Below, piece after piece: positions 54,023-64,000 of a DNA stretch of 64,000 nucleotides; the stretch's first letter is position 1; the number at the start of each line of letters is the position of its first letter. The DNA is taken from the NCBI GenBank assembly GCA_902624085.1, contig CACNWD010000001.1, positions 30,139 through 94,138 on the forward strand, written 5' to 3'. Below the pieces are notes generated by a model. The model did not search any database. It worked only from the letters and a program-made list of their open reading frames with translations, and was not told the DNA's origin. Source of the stretch: an uncultured Prochlorococcus sp. Lineage in GTDB: Bacteria > Cyanobacteriota > Cyanobacteriia > PCC-6307 > Cyanobiaceae. The position numbers were made by a program, and so were the translations under genes.

Positions 54023-55405
54023 CTAATACATAGTCACATATTCCTCAGATATTGTAGGATGCAAAGCCATAGTTGAATTAAATTGTTCTTTGGTAACTCC
54101 CATACTTAAAGAGATAGAAGCCATTTGTATTATCTCAGCGGAAGACTCACCAAACATATGACACCCTATAACTTTATCATTCGATTTATTAACTACTAAT
54201 TTAAGCAAGCATTTTGAATTTATATTTTTAAAAGTATTTGACATTGGTTTAAATTTACATTTAAAAATTTCAATGTTTTTTTCACCAAACATATTATTTG
54301 CTTCTTTTTCAGTTAAACCTACAGTTGCAATCTCTGGATTAGAAAAAACTGCTTTGGGAATATATTCATAATTTATTGATCTATTTAAATTTCCATAAAA
54401 ATTATCAGCAAAAACTCTTCCTTGCTCTATGGCAACCGGAGTTAAATTTGGTTTATCTATAACATCACCAATAGCAAATATATTTGACTTATTAGTTTGA
54501 TTAATTTCATTTACTTCTATAAATTTTCCATTCATTTTTAAATCAAGTTCTTGGATATTTATCAAATCTAGATTAGGCTCTCTTCCGATAGCATATAGAA
54601 AACTTTCTGCGTCGCATTTTTGTCCAGATTTTAAAATAAAATCAAAGATTTTTTTTTCTTTTTTTTCTATTTTTAAAAGCTCATCATTAAAAATCAATGT
54701 TATGCCTGAAGATATCATTGTCTCTCTTAAGGAAGAAGATAAATCTAAATCGAAACCATTTAGTAAATTATTGCTTCTCAATAACTGTGTAACATTTATT
54801 CCTAAGTTATTAAAGATGCATGCAAATTCACATGCTATGTATCCGCCTCCAATAATTAAGATTGATTTAGGTAATTCTTCTAATTCAAATATTTCGTTAC
54901 TAGACCAAGAAAATTCTGATCCTGGAATATTTAATTTTATCGGCTTACCTCCAACAGAAATTAAAAATTTTTCAGCATTAACTGTATCTAATACACTTTT
55001 TTTATCAATATCAATAATATCTAAATGATCTTTATTTTTAAATCTACCCCACCCTCTTATTGTAGTAATTTTCAATTTTTCTAATGCATTTAGATGTAAC
55101 TCACTCAGTCTATTAACCTCATTCTTAATACTTTTCAAGAGAACTTTTGAGTCAAAAGAAAGTTTCTCCGAAGATAAACCATATCCTTTTGAATTAAGTA
55201 TATTTTTCCTTGAGTTTGCCGCATATACCATTAACTTCTTAGGAACACATCCTCTTATTACACATGTTCCACCTATCTTATCCCCCTCTACGATACAAAC
55301 TTTAGCTCCATGCCTTGCAGCTCTTTTAGCAGCAGCTAAACCTCCTGAGCCAGCTCCAATTACAACTAAATCAAATTTTTTATTCAATGTTTTTTTTATT
55401 ATCAT
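54023..55405 (-). CDS. gor: glutathione reductase
   Basis: IGAGSGG, GGTCVIRGCVPKK redox disulfide, GGGYIA.E, LTPVAI, HPT.SEE. Start may be TTG 55387. Confidence 0.93.
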   Translation of the reverse strand: MIIKKTLNKKFDLVVIGAGSGGLAAAKRAARHGAKVCIVEGDKIGGTCVIRGCVPKKLMVYAANSRKNILNSKGYGLSSEKLSFDSKVLLKSIKNEVNRLSELHLNALEKLKITTIRGWGRFKNKDHLDIIDIDKKSVLDTVNAEKFLISVGGKPIKLNIPGSEFSWSSNEIFELEELPKSILIIGGGYIACEFACIFNNLGINVTQLLRSNNLLNGFDLDLSSSLRETMISSGITLIFNDELLKIEKKEKKIFDFILKSGQKCDAESFLYAIGREPNLDLINIQELDLKMNGKFIEVNEINQTNKSNIFAIGDVIDKPNLTPVAIEQGRVFADNFYGNLNRSINYEYIPKAVFSNPEIATVGLTEKEANNMFGEKNIEIFKCKFKPMSNTFKNINSKCLLKLVVNKSNDKVIGCHMFGESSAEIIQMASISLSMGVTKEQFNSTMALHPTISEEYVTMY

Positions 55406-55425
55406 ATCTTAAAAGGAATAAAAAA

Positions 55426-56655
55426 ATGCCCATGCCAAATATTCTTTCCTGGGAAGATCTCTCAGATTTACAATCAAATGATATAGATAGAATCAATGGT
55501 ATTACAAATTCTTACTCAAATTTAAGATTATTTGGTCAAAAAGAATCAGACGCAAAATTAATCTTTTATAGAGATAGACATGCCTGGTGTCCATATTGTC
55601 AAAAAATATGGCTTTGGTTAGAACTAAAACAAATTCCGTACAAAATTAAAAAAATTAATATGTTTTGCTACGGAAAAAAAGAACCTTGGTTTCTTGAGAA
55701 AGTAAGATCAGGTAAATTACCTGCTATTGAATTGGATGGTAAAATAATAACTGAAAGTGATGAAATAATTTATAGTTTGGAGAAAAAATATGGTTTTTTA
55801 AGTACATCAATAAATGCTACTGAATTTCAAGAAACCAGACGAATTGAAAGAGATATTTTCAGAAGTTGGTGTGAATGGCTTTGTCGGAGAAATTCAATGT
55901 TTCCTTCAATTGATAATAGAAAGATAAATTTTAAAAAAAATCTTCAAAAATTGGAAAATTTATTAGAACAATCAGAGACAGGATTAATAGATCCTTTTTA
56001 TGATTCAGATAAAATTATTAGACCAGGAACAGGAGATGTAATTTTTATTCCTTATTTAGAGAGGATAAATGCCTCACTTTGTTATTACAAAGGTTTTGAT
56101 TTAAGGATTAAGTTCCCTTTAATTAATAAATGGTTTTCTCTTCTTGAGAAAGAAAAAGCTTATCTTGGCACACAAGGAGATTTTCATACTCATTCTCATG
56201 ATTTACCTCCCCAAATGGGAGGATGCTTTAAGGAATTAAATGAAAAGCAGATTTATTTTTCAAAATTAATAGATAGTGGAAAGGGATTAGGTAATTTAGA
56301 GTTAAATAGTGAAATTGATAGTGAGTACTATTCAAGATTTGCATTGATGAGAGTAATCAAACATAAAGAAAAAATAATAAATATAAATCCATCTGACAAT
56401 GGAGAATTTGATATTGCATTGAGGTCAGCTCTTACATATATGATAAATAATGAAATAAATATTCCTGATAATTGCTGCGGCAAAGGATTAAGGTATTTAA
56501 GGGATCGCATCTCAGTCCCAAGAGATATGCCACTCATCTCAGCAAGGAAATTTAGACAATCGCTAGAAAAAATTGCATCATTTGACGAGTCTAATGAAAC
56601 ATATGAAATACCTTTTAATAATAGATATGATCAGAATCCTAATAATTTCAATTAA
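55426..56655 (+). CDS. glutathione S-transferase family protein with CPYC motif (large cyanobacterial type)
   Basis: YRD.HAWCPYCQK.W..LE.K.IPY, G.LPA..DG..ITES..I; C-terminal RDRISVPRDM. ATG 55426 or 55432 follows an AAGGA SD. Confidence 0.85.
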   Translation: MPMPNILSWEDLSDLQSNDIDRINGITNSYSNLRLFGQKESDAKLIFYRDRHAWCPYCQKIWLWLELKQIPYKIKKINMFCYGKKEPWFLEKVRSGKLPAIELDGKIITESDEIIYSLEKKYGFLSTSINATEFQETRRIERDIFRSWCEWLCRRNSMFPSIDNRKINFKKNLQKLENLLEQSETGLIDPFYDSDKIIRPGTGDVIFIPYLERINASLCYYKGFDLRIKFPLINKWFSLLEKEKAYLGTQGDFHTHSHDLPPQMGGCFKELNEKQIYFSKLIDSGKGLGNLELNSEIDSEYYSRFALMRVIKHKEKIININPSDNGEFDIALRSALTYMINNEINIPDNCCGKGLRYLRDRISVPRDMPLISARKFRQSLEKIASFDESNETYEIPFNNRYDQNPNNFN

Positions 56656-56670
56656 ATCTATTATTAAATC

Positions 56671-58047
56671 TTATAAATTCTTTCTCGAATCAATTTGTAA
56701 TAGATCTCTAACTTTTTGAACCTGACTAGCGACTCCAGGATCGGTAGATAACTTCTTTTCAACTTGTTCAATTGCATACATTACTGTGGTATGATCTTTT
56801 CCTCCAAATGCTTCACCAATCCTAGGTAGACTTAGATCTGTCCCATGTCTCATTAGATACATACCAATTTGTCTAGCTTGACTAACAGGCTTTCTCCTAC
56901 TAGAACTCGTTAATTCTTCAGAAGAGACATCAAAAAACTCTGAAACTTTCTCTATTACCTGTTTAGGAGTAACCACCACCCCTACGCTATTTGGATCAAG
57001 CATAGGAGCTATTGATTGAACTGTCATAGGTAGACCAGTTATTGAAGCAAAAGCCACCGCTCGAGTAAATGCACCTTCTAGTTCTCTTATATTTGAAGTA
57101 AATCTTCCTGCAATGAACTGTATTAAATCTCTAGGAAGATTCATTTTTTCATGTTCTGCTTTTTTCTGCAAAATTGCTACTCTAGTTTCAATATCAGGTG
57201 GTTGAATATCAGCTATTAGTCCCATAGAGAATCTGGAAACTAATCTTTCCTGTAATTTAGGGATTTGACTAGGAGGCCTATCACTTGCAATTACTATTTG
57301 CTTACCAGCCTCATATAACGCATTAAAGGTATTAAAAAATTCTTCCTGAGTATATTCTTTGCCTTCTAAGAATTGAATATCATCAATTAAAAGTAAATCT
57401 GCCGATCTATATTTATTTTTAAATGCATGCATTCCATCCTTTCTTATAGATTGGATTAAATCACTACTGAATGTTTCGGTAGAGACATAGAGTACTTTTG
57501 CCTCTGGATTAATTTCCACACGATAATGACCAATGGCTTGCATCAGATGTGTCTTCCCAAGACCTACTCCTCCACAAATAAAAAGTGGATTAAATTCCCT
57601 TCCGGGCGATTCAGCAACTGCCAAAGCAGCTGCATGAGCCATCCTGCTATTTGGGCCAACAACAAACCTATTAAAAACATATCGTAAATTTAAGCAGGGA
57701 GATATTTTTGATTTATTTTCAATAGACTTTTGTTGATTAACTAATATAGATGATGGAGAACTATTATTATTTTCACTTGAGCTAGTTACTAAATTATTAA
57801 TATTTTCAGATTTAAAAATAACTTTCACAGTCTCTCCGCATACTTTTTCAGCTGCTTTTTCTATGGTCTCACAATAATTTTTTCTTAACCAATCACTTGA
57901 AAAAGTATTTGGTGCAATCAAAGTAAGTAATCCATTCTCAAAGCAGCTAAATTTTGCAGGCCTTATCCAAGTCTCGTAAGAAGGTTTACTTAAATTTTTT
58001 TGTAATGATTTTTGAACTTCTGCCCAAATAAGATTTTTAGTTTGCAC
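56671..58047 (-). CDS. dnaA: chromosomal replication initiator protein
   Basis: [45 protein letters not shown]...[14 protein letters not shown]. Confidence 0.98.
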   Translation of the reverse strand: MQTKNLIWAEVQKSLQKNLSKPSYETWIRPAKFSCFENGLLTLIAPNTFSSDWLRKNYCETIEKAAEKVCGETVKVIFKSENINNLVTSSSENNNSSPSSILVNQQKSIENKSKISPCLNLRYVFNRFVVGPNSRMAHAAALAVAESPGREFNPLFICGGVGLGKTHLMQAIGHYRVEINPEAKVLYVSTETFSSDLIQSIRKDGMHAFKNKYRSADLLLIDDIQFLEGKEYTQEEFFNTFNALYEAGKQIVIASDRPPSQIPKLQERLVSRFSMGLIADIQPPDIETRVAILQKKAEHEKMNLPRDLIQFIAGRFTSNIRELEGAFTRAVAFASITGLPMTVQSIAPMLDPNSVGVVVTPKQVIEKVSEFFDVSSEELTSSSRRKPVSQARQIGMYLMRHGTDLSLPRIGEAFGGKDHTTVMYAIEQVEKKLSTDPGVASQVQKVRDLLQIDSRKNL

Positions 58048-58222
58048 GATATTTATCCTATAGATTTTTAATCTAGTTGCTTTTTTGAAATTGGCTATTA
58101 TCTCATTACAAGTTGATGCGATTTTCGATGATTTTTAACATTAATGTGATTGGATTACAAATATATGTATATTTTTTACCTGTTTCTAAAATATATAATA
58201 TTCATAAATTTTAAAAGTTAGT

Positions 58223-58858
58223 GTGAGTAAAACTTTGTTAATAATAATGGCCAAGTGGCCAAGATTTGGCAGTTGCAAAACTAGATTATCTAAAGATATT
58301 GGGAAAAGAAATGCTTTAAGAATTCAAAACAAAATGTTGAATCATACCTTATCAGTATCAAATTATTTAAAGGAACAAAATTTAGCTGAGAGTTGCATCG
58401 CTATTACTGGCATAGGTTTGAATAGTAGTAAAAGATGGTGTAAAGATCTTGGTATTAATCATTTCTACTTTCAAGGGAAAGGTTGCCTTGGAGAGAAAAT
58501 GAAAAGACAAATATTCAAATCCCAGAGGAACACAAAAAATTCTCAGAAGAAAAATATAGTTTTTATAGGTACTGATTTGCCAAATTTATCTCATATGGAT
58601 ATTGTAAAAACCATTACTAAGTTAAAGAAGAAAGATGTTATTTTAGGGCCTTCAAATGATGGAGGATATTGGCTTATAGCCTTTTCACAAAGATTTATTT
58701 CTGAGAATAATTATTTGCCTTTTATAAACATCCAATGGAGTAGCAATGATGTTTTAAAAAAAACTATTGATAATTTAAGTCAACAAAAAATAAAAATTGA
58801 TTTTTTAAACACTAAAGTAGATATCGATACATTGTATGATATTGATCAAAGAGTCTAA
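58223..58858 (+). CDS. DUF2064 / TIGR04282-type transferase (rSAM/arsenosugar-associated)
   Basis: MAKWP..G.CKTRL...IG, QG.G.LGEKM, IGTDLP, LGP..DGGYWLI, W....VL..T, DID. Confidence 0.85.
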   Translation: MSKTLLIIMAKWPRFGSCKTRLSKDIGKRNALRIQNKMLNHTLSVSNYLKEQNLAESCIAITGIGLNSSKRWCKDLGINHFYFQGKGCLGEKMKRQIFKSQRNTKNSQKKNIVFIGTDLPNLSHMDIVKTITKLKKKDVILGPSNDGGYWLIAFSQRFISENNYLPFINIQWSSNDVLKKTIDNLSQQKIKIDFLNTKVDIDTLYDIDQRV

Positions 58859-59549
58859 ATTAAACATAAGAATTTCGATTATTATACCAACTTTCAATGA
58901 ATCCAATAACTTACCATTACTTCTCTCAGATTTATCGGAAATAAATAATATATCTGAGATACTTATTATAGACTCAACAAGTACAGACAAGACAAAAGAT
59001 ATTGCTTTAATTAATGGTACAAGATTTTATAAAATAAATAAAAATAATAGAGGTTTACAATTAAATTATGGTGCCAAAAAAGCAAAGGGGGAATGGCTTC
59101 TTTTCATTCATGCAGACTCAAGATTAAGATTCAACTGGTCAAGTAAAGTTATAGATATTTCAAAAAGAGATTCAAATTATATTTACTATTTCAATTTTAA
59201 AGTAAATAACAAATCCTTCACTTATAGATTTCTTGAATTCCTTGTTAATTTAAGATGTTTTTTATTTAAATCTCCCTACGGAGACCAAGGTCTTTTAATT
59301 AGCAAAGAAAATTTTAAAACTTACGGAGGATATAAAACAATACCCATAATGGAAGATTTTGATTTCATTAGCAGAATAAATAAAAGAAATTTAAGATCTT
59401 TAAAAATTCCTATCTTCACGAGTAGCAGAAAATGGGACGACGTAAATTTTGTCTGGCAATCTTTAAAAAATTGGCACTTAAGAAAATTGATGAGAAAAGG
59501 TTACTCTATAAATAGGATTTACAAAAAATACTATAGAGTCCGCAAATAA
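58836..59549 (+). CDS. GT2 / TIGR04283-type glycosyltransferase (rSAM/arsenosugar-associated)
   Basis: SIIIPTFNE, D..S.D.T, RG.QLN.GA, LF.HAD, PYGDQGL, GGY...IMED, TSSRKW. Confidence 0.87.
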   Translation: MILIKESKLNIRISIIIPTFNESNNLPLLLSDLSEINNISEILIIDSTSTDKTKDIALINGTRFYKINKNNRGLQLNYGAKKAKGEWLLFIHADSRLRFNWSSKVIDISKRDSNYIYYFNFKVNNKSFTYRFLEFLVNLRCFLFKSPYGDQGLLISKENFKTYGGYKTIPIMEDFDFISRINKRNLRSLKIPIFTSSRKWDDVNFVWQSLKNWHLRKLMRKGYSINRIYKKYYRVRK

Positions 59550-60080
59550 TTAATTTGCATACCAAAAAGCGCATTTTGTCGCTTTTGGCTCCAAAGTCCA
59601 ACCTTGATTCTTATAAAACTTTACAACTCCTGCGTCTGCAAAAAGAGTAACTTTTGAAATACCTGTAGCTTTTAATTTTTTCAATAAATATTTCATTAAT
59701 ACTTTCCCTAAACCAAGACCTTGATAAACAGGATTAATAGCGACATCCCAAATTGTTGCTTCTAAGATGCCATCACCTGTACATCTTGCAAATCCAACAA
59801 GTCTTGGAAATTTATCATCATGTCGCCATACCCCAACAACAAGGACGCTGAACTCAAGGGCTCTTTTGACTCTTCTCATCGGTCTCCTGCTCCATCCCAC
59901 CGTCTGTAGTAATTGATCAAGCTCTATTAAATCCAGTTCTCTAAATTTACTACAGACGAATATACCCTCATCATTTTTAACTTTAAAGTCAAATGAATCT
60001 AAGCCATATTTTTCTAGTAGGACTTCTTTATCCAAAACATTAGATTGCTTTATTGTTGATCTATTATTTCGTAAAATCAT
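59550..60080 (-). CDS. GNAT N-acetyltransferase, Ycf52-like
   Basis: VGWSRRP, LVGFARCTGD...ATIWDVA..P.YQG.GLG, TLFAD..V..FY...GW. Confidence 0.88.
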   Translation of the reverse strand: MILRNNRSTIKQSNVLDKEVLLEKYGLDSFDFKVKNDEGIFVCSKFRELDLIELDQLLQTVGWSRRPMRRVKRALEFSVLVVGVWRHDDKFPRLVGFARCTGDGILEATIWDVAINPVYQGLGLGKVLMKYLLKKLKATGISKVTLFADAGVVKFYKNQGWTLEPKATKCAFWYAN

Positions 60081-61861
60081 TATAAATCAATAAAACCTTT
60101 TTCTTGAAGTTCTGAGAGTTGAAAATATAAGCCTTTCTTCTTTCTAAGCTCTACATGTGTACCTTGTTCAACAAGTGATCCACTCTTTAGGACTAAAATT
60201 TTATCTGATTTTTCTATAGTCGCTAATCTATGTGCTATTACTAAAGCAGTTCTATTTTCTAAGATATTTTTAAGATCTTTTTGAAGTGTGGCTTCTGTTG
60301 TTGGGTCCATAAATGCAGTCGCTTCATCCATTATTAAAATCCTAGGGTTTCTTATAGCGACTCGAGCTACAGATAACAATTGTCTTTCTCCAGAAGAGAG
60401 ATTCCCTCCTCTTTCACGTAAAGGAGTTTGAAGTCCATTTGGTAATTTTTTAAGTAAATCGTTTAATCCAAGTTTCTTACAAATAATCTCTAAATCTTTA
60501 TCTTTAATATCAGAACTTAATTTTAGATTTTGAGCAACATTACCACTAAATATAAATGTATCTTGAAGAACAACTCCCAACATATTTCTTAAATCTATTA
60601 GAGGAATATTTTTGATATTAATATCATCTATCAAAATTTCTCCTTTTTGAGGTTCATATAATCTACAAAGTAGCCTTATTAAAGTGGTTTTGCCTGAACC
60701 GGTTGGGCCAACAAAAGCTATACGTTCCCCGGGGTTAACCTTAAAAGATAGATCTTTGATTACATAATCGTTTTTCTTATAAAAAAAAGATACATTTTTA
60801 AATTCAATCTTACCTTTAACCTCTAAGTTTTTTACTACATTTTTTCTGGAAACTGAATCCTTAATTTCAATTTCTTCATCTAATAATTCATTAATTCTTT
60901 CAATAGCAGTAAGACCTCCTTGAATCTGAGTAAATCTCTCCGCTAACTGCCTTAATGGTTCAAATAGTCTTTGGGAATAAAGTATAAAAGTAGTTAAAGT
61001 TCCTAGTCCAATGTTCCCAGATGTTACTAAATAACCTCCAATTGCCAAAACGAAAGATACCGCGGCAAGAGATATCCATTCAATAAAGGCAGAAATACTA
61101 CTATCATAAAAAATCGTACCATCTACAGCTTTTCTATAAGATTCTCCTGTTCTACTAAATTTATTGCTATTAATTTCCTCTCTTCTAAACATTTGCACAA
61201 CTTCAAGTCCCTGTATATTTTCTTGAAAATCAGAATTAAGCTGTGATAACTCCTCTCTAACCTGATAATTAGCTCGCCTGTAGCGTTTTTGCAGCCAAAT
61301 AATAAAGTAAGAAACAGGGACTTGGGTAAAGAGGAGAATTACAGCTAAACCTTTATCTATTGATAGCATTGTCAATGAAATAACAATTAAACTAACAAAA
61401 TCTGCAATTACTCCTACAGCCCCACTTCCAAAAACCTCTGACAATGCATCAACATCATTAGTTAATCTAGTAAGTAACTTACCCACAGGCATTTTGTCAT
61501 GATATTTCAGAGATAAGGATATTGAATGAGCAAATAATTCTCTTCTAATTCTCGCAGTTAATTTCTGTCCAACCGCTTGTATATTATAAGTCTGATAACC
61601 TTGCAAAATCAGTCTTACAAGAACTGAAATTAAAAGGGTTATAATTATTAAATTTATTGATTGCCCAATAAAAGTTTTACTAAGCCATACATCTGAACTT
61701 TCATTTTTCAAAATGGTAATAGCTTGACCAACAAGGAGCGGTTGGATCGCTCCCGCAAAAGCAACTGGGATAAGAATAACAACAATTAGATATAAAGTCT
61801 TTTTATCATTAGTTAAATATCTACCTAATCTTTTTATTCTTTTAAAATCCTTTAAAAACAT
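60080..61861 (-). CDS. ABC exporter, fused permease/ATP-binding (multidrug/MsbA-like)
   Basis: N-terminal TM domain (GKL.TRLT.DV), GPTGSGKT, LSSGERQ, IMDEAT, IAHRL. Confidence 0.92.
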   Translation of the reverse strand: MFLKDFKRIKRLGRYLTNDKKTLYLIVVILIPVAFAGAIQPLLVGQAITILKNESSDVWLSKTFIGQSINLIIITLLISVLVRLILQGYQTYNIQAVGQKLTARIRRELFAHSISLSLKYHDKMPVGKLLTRLTNDVDALSEVFGSGAVGVIADFVSLIVISLTMLSIDKGLAVILLFTQVPVSYFIIWLQKRYRRANYQVREELSQLNSDFQENIQGLEVVQMFRREEINSNKFSRTGESYRKAVDGTIFYDSSISAFIEWISLAAVSFVLAIGGYLVTSGNIGLGTLTTFILYSQRLFEPLRQLAERFTQIQGGLTAIERINELLDEEIEIKDSVSRKNVVKNLEVKGKIEFKNVSFFYKKNDYVIKDLSFKVNPGERIAFVGPTGSGKTTLIRLLCRLYEPQKGEILIDDINIKNIPLIDLRNMLGVVLQDTFIFSGNVAQNLKLSSDIKDKDLEIICKKLGLNDLLKKLPNGLQTPLRERGGNLSSGERQLLSVARVAIRNPRILIMDEATAFMDPTTEATLQKDLKNILENRTALVIAHRLATIEKSDKILVLKSGSLVEQGTHVELRKKKGLYFQLSELQEKGFIDL

Positions 61862-61866
61862 TTAAT

Positions 61867-62511
61867 TTAATTTTTATTTTCACTACGTAATTCTATTGCC
61901 AAAATTACATCTCGGAGAGGGGTATTATCTAACCTTAAAGATAGAGGATTAGCGATTAAACGAGCAGTTGAATAATAAATATCATCAATCTTAATTAAGC
62001 CGTTTTCTTTTAAAGTTTTACCAGTGGCAACTAAATCAACTATTGCTTCAGCCATCCCAGTAATAGGGCCCAGCTCTACAGATCCTGTTAAATGAACTAT
62101 CTCCACTGGCATATTAAGATTCTCAAAGTAAGAACGGGCGGTTTTAACAAACTTGCTTGCAACATTGCAATTAGCCGGTAAATCAGTTGGTTTAGAATAA
62201 CCACTATTATTTTTAACAGCTAAAGACATGTGACATCCACCAAAACCCAAGTCTAGTAATTTAGCAACTTTAGATTCAGATTCTTGAAGAACATCATACC
62301 CCACTATCCCAAGATCGGCTTGTCCATAACTTACATAAACAGGAACATCTCCATTCCTAACCAATAAAGCTTTTGCGTTTCCACATTTAGAATGGATAGT
62401 TAAAGATCTATTATCAATTAGTAAAGCTTCAGAGAAATCCAAACCAGCTTTTTTAAATATAGAAATCGAATCTTTTAACAGCGCTCCTTTTGCTAAAGCT
62501 ATAGTAATCAT
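61867..62511 (-). CDS. hisG: ATP phosphoribosyltransferase, short form (needs HisZ)
   Basis: AKG, DVP.YV..G.ADLG.VG.D, GSVE.GP..G.A.AI.DLV.TG.TL.ENGL; 214 aa with no C-terminal regulatory domain. Confidence 0.95.
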   Translation of the reverse strand: MITIALAKGALLKDSISIFKKAGLDFSEALLIDNRSLTIHSKCGNAKALLVRNGDVPVYVSYGQADLGIVGYDVLQESESKVAKLLDLGFGGCHMSLAVKNNSGYSKPTDLPANCNVASKFVKTARSYFENLNMPVEIVHLTGSVELGPITGMAEAIVDLVATGKTLKENGLIKIDDIYYSTARLIANPLSLRLDNTPLRDVILAIELRSENKN

Positions 62512-62557
62512 AAATACCTTTATTTTTCTTCTAAGTTTCTCTAATTCTAAGTTAATA

Positions 62558-63301
62558 ATGACAATAAATAAAGAAAAAGGAATATTTGGGATACCCGTTC
62601 TTGAAGATAATATTATTTGGATTTGGGAAGAGAATTCATCAGCTATTGTTATAGATCCAGGTATTTCTGATCCGGTTATTAATTGGATAGAGAAAAGAAA
62701 TCTTAAATTAGAATATATATTGCAAACACATCATCATCATGACCATATTGGAGGAACTCAAGAATTATTGAAAAAATGGCCAAATGTAAAAATTATCGCC
62801 TCAAAGAAAGACAAAAAACGTATCCCTCTTCAAAACATCTCGATATGTGATGGAGATCGGATCAAGATATTAAATAAAGAGTTCAAAATTATTGAACTGA
62901 AGGGACATACAAGTACACATATATCTTTTTACTCTAAAGATTTTGGCAATCCAATTTTATTTGTTGGAGACACATTATTTTCAGGAGGTTGTGGAAGAAT
63001 CTTTGAAGGTACCAATCAAGAAATGTACAATTCACTAAAAAGAATATTATCCTTGCCAATAAATACGATCATTTATTGTGCTCATGAATATACAAAATCA
63101 AATCTTTTATGGGCACTAGATATTTATCCAAATGACAAATTAATTAAGAAAAAACTTGAAGAAACTAAAAAGAAAATCTTGGCAAAGAATTTAACTATCC
63201 CTACAACTTTAAAAGAAGAAATGAATATTAATCTTTTTTTAAGAGCAAAAAGTCTAAATGAATTTAGTTATTTAAGAGCTAAAAAAGACTCTTGGGTATA
63301 G
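62558..63301 (+). CDS. gloB: hydroxyacylglutathione hydrolase (glyoxalase II)
   Basis: DN..W, IDPG, THHHHDH.GG, GHT..H, GDTLF.GGCGR, CAHEYT..NL. Confidence 0.93.
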   Translation: MTINKEKGIFGIPVLEDNIIWIWEENSSAIVIDPGISDPVINWIEKRNLKLEYILQTHHHHDHIGGTQELLKKWPNVKIIASKKDKKRIPLQNISICDGDRIKILNKEFKIIELKGHTSTHISFYSKDFGNPILFVGDTLFSGGCGRIFEGTNQEMYNSLKRILSLPINTIIYCAHEYTKSNLLWALDIYPNDKLIKKKLEETKKKILAKNLTIPTTLKEEMNINLFLRAKSLNEFSYLRAKKDSWV

Positions 63302-63325
63302 ATTATTAGAACAAGTTAAAAATTA

Positions 63326-63718
63326 ATGTCTTCTCAAATTTCTATAAAAACTGATGCCGCACCAGATCCAGTTGGACCATATAATCAAGCTATTAAAGCT
63401 GGAAACTTTGTTTATTGTTCTGGTCAAATTGCTATCAATCCCAGTAGTAATAAGGTAGATTGTTTAGGAGATATTAAGGGAGAGACCACTCAAGTATTAA
63501 ATAATTTAAAAGCAGTTCTAACCGCTAGTGGAGCGAGTCTTGAAGACGTTATTAAAACAACTATATTTCTTACAGACTTGACTAATTTTCAAATAGTAAA
63601 TGAAATCTATTCTGAGTTTTTTCAAAACGAACCTTCTCCTGCTAGAGCTTGTGTGGAAGTATCTTCTTTACCTAAGGGTGTATTAATTGAAATTGATTGT
63701 GTAGCATACATTCATTAA
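63326..63718 (+). CDS. ridA: RidA family enamine/imine deaminase
   Basis: AP..VGPYNQA, SGQI, VIKTT.FL, N..Y..FF....PAR.CV.V..LP....EI. Confidence 0.9.
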   Translation: MSSQISIKTDAAPDPVGPYNQAIKAGNFVYCSGQIAINPSSNKVDCLGDIKGETTQVLNNLKAVLTASGASLEDVIKTTIFLTDLTNFQIVNEIYSEFFQNEPSPARACVEVSSLPKGVLIEIDCVAYIH

Positions 63719-63802
63719 CCTCAAAATTTATGTAGAAAGTTATTATTTGTGCCAATTATGCACCATACTTGTTTAGATTAAAACCTGACTGAGGCTTTAT
63801 CT

Positions 63803-64000
63803 ATGACAACAGCAAATTTAAATATAGATGAATTAGAAGCTGGTTATCCATTATTTTGTAAAGCGCTTAGATTATTAATTTTAAAGGGTCGAACAATTAA
63901 AGAGATTCAAAGAACTGTATGTTGGGGGCATCTTGAAACACTTAATAGATGTTTACCAGGAAGATATAAGGCACCATCTTATTTAATGGCTTTAATTAAA
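63803..64000 (+). CDS. DUF3136 family small protein (runs off the window end)
   Basis: Translated by hand: MTTANLNIDELEAGYPLFCKALRLLILKGRTIKEIQRTVCWGHLETLNRCLPGRYKAPSYLMALIK...; GAGG upstream; not in the ORF track. Confidence 0.8.
   Translation, partial: MTTANLNIDELEAGYPLFCKALRLLILKGRTIKEIQRTVCWGHLETLNRCLPGRYKAPSYLMALIK

Noticed and set aside
58145-58179. NtcA-like boxes upstream of dnaA (GTG-N7-TAC and GTA-N7-TAC)
   Set aside because: Spacing is 7 nt rather than the canonical GTA-N8-TAC, and such matches are expected by chance in AT-rich DNA.
1024-58990. About 30 short ORFs of 60-136 aa in the track (for example 10191-10574, 26822-27232, 33863-34267, 39840-40151, 41606-41956)
   Set aside because: All lie within or largely overlap well-supported genes, antisense or in another frame, with no motifs. 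Treated as shadow ORFs.
62729-62746. (CAT)n microsatellite / poly-His run in gloB
   Set aside because: It encodes the normal THxHxDH metal-binding motif of glyoxalase II.
1-64000. CRISPR array, prophage, transposon, toxin-antitoxin or defence island
   Set aside because: No regularly spaced repeats, nuclease, integrase or phage-like ORFs seen. Intergenic gaps are all under about 200 nt (apart from the one holding the tRNA), and nearly every gene is recognisable core.

Overview
A very AT-rich (roughly 30% GC by eye), densely packed stretch of core chromosome from a marine picocyanobacterium, most likely a high-light Prochlorococcus. The call rests on plastocyanin, NdhD/NdhL, Ycf51/Ycf52, cyAbrB, a group 2 sigma factor, an E. 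coli-like ThrRS, and a gene order from acs to DUF3136 that matches what I recall for Prochlorococcus. I count about 63 CDSs (two cut by the window edges) and one intronless tRNA-Leu(UAA). I see no integrase, transposase, prophage, CRISPR array or defence island, so no large novel system is directly evident. The best leads are small. (1) An imperfect hairpin spans the whole predicted 5' UTR of the group 2 sigma gene and buries its Shine-Dalgarno. (2) Glutathione reductase, a CPYC-type GST and two rSAM/arsenosugar-associated transferases flank an orphan dnaA. (3) Two unannotated probable DNA-binding proteins, one RHH-like heading trpS-thrS-glk-thrB and one XRE-HTH-like behind the sigma gene. (4) Possible gene-loss scars: an empty cytochrome cM site and a decayed antiporter tail. 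All family names come from motif recognition; no database searches were run.
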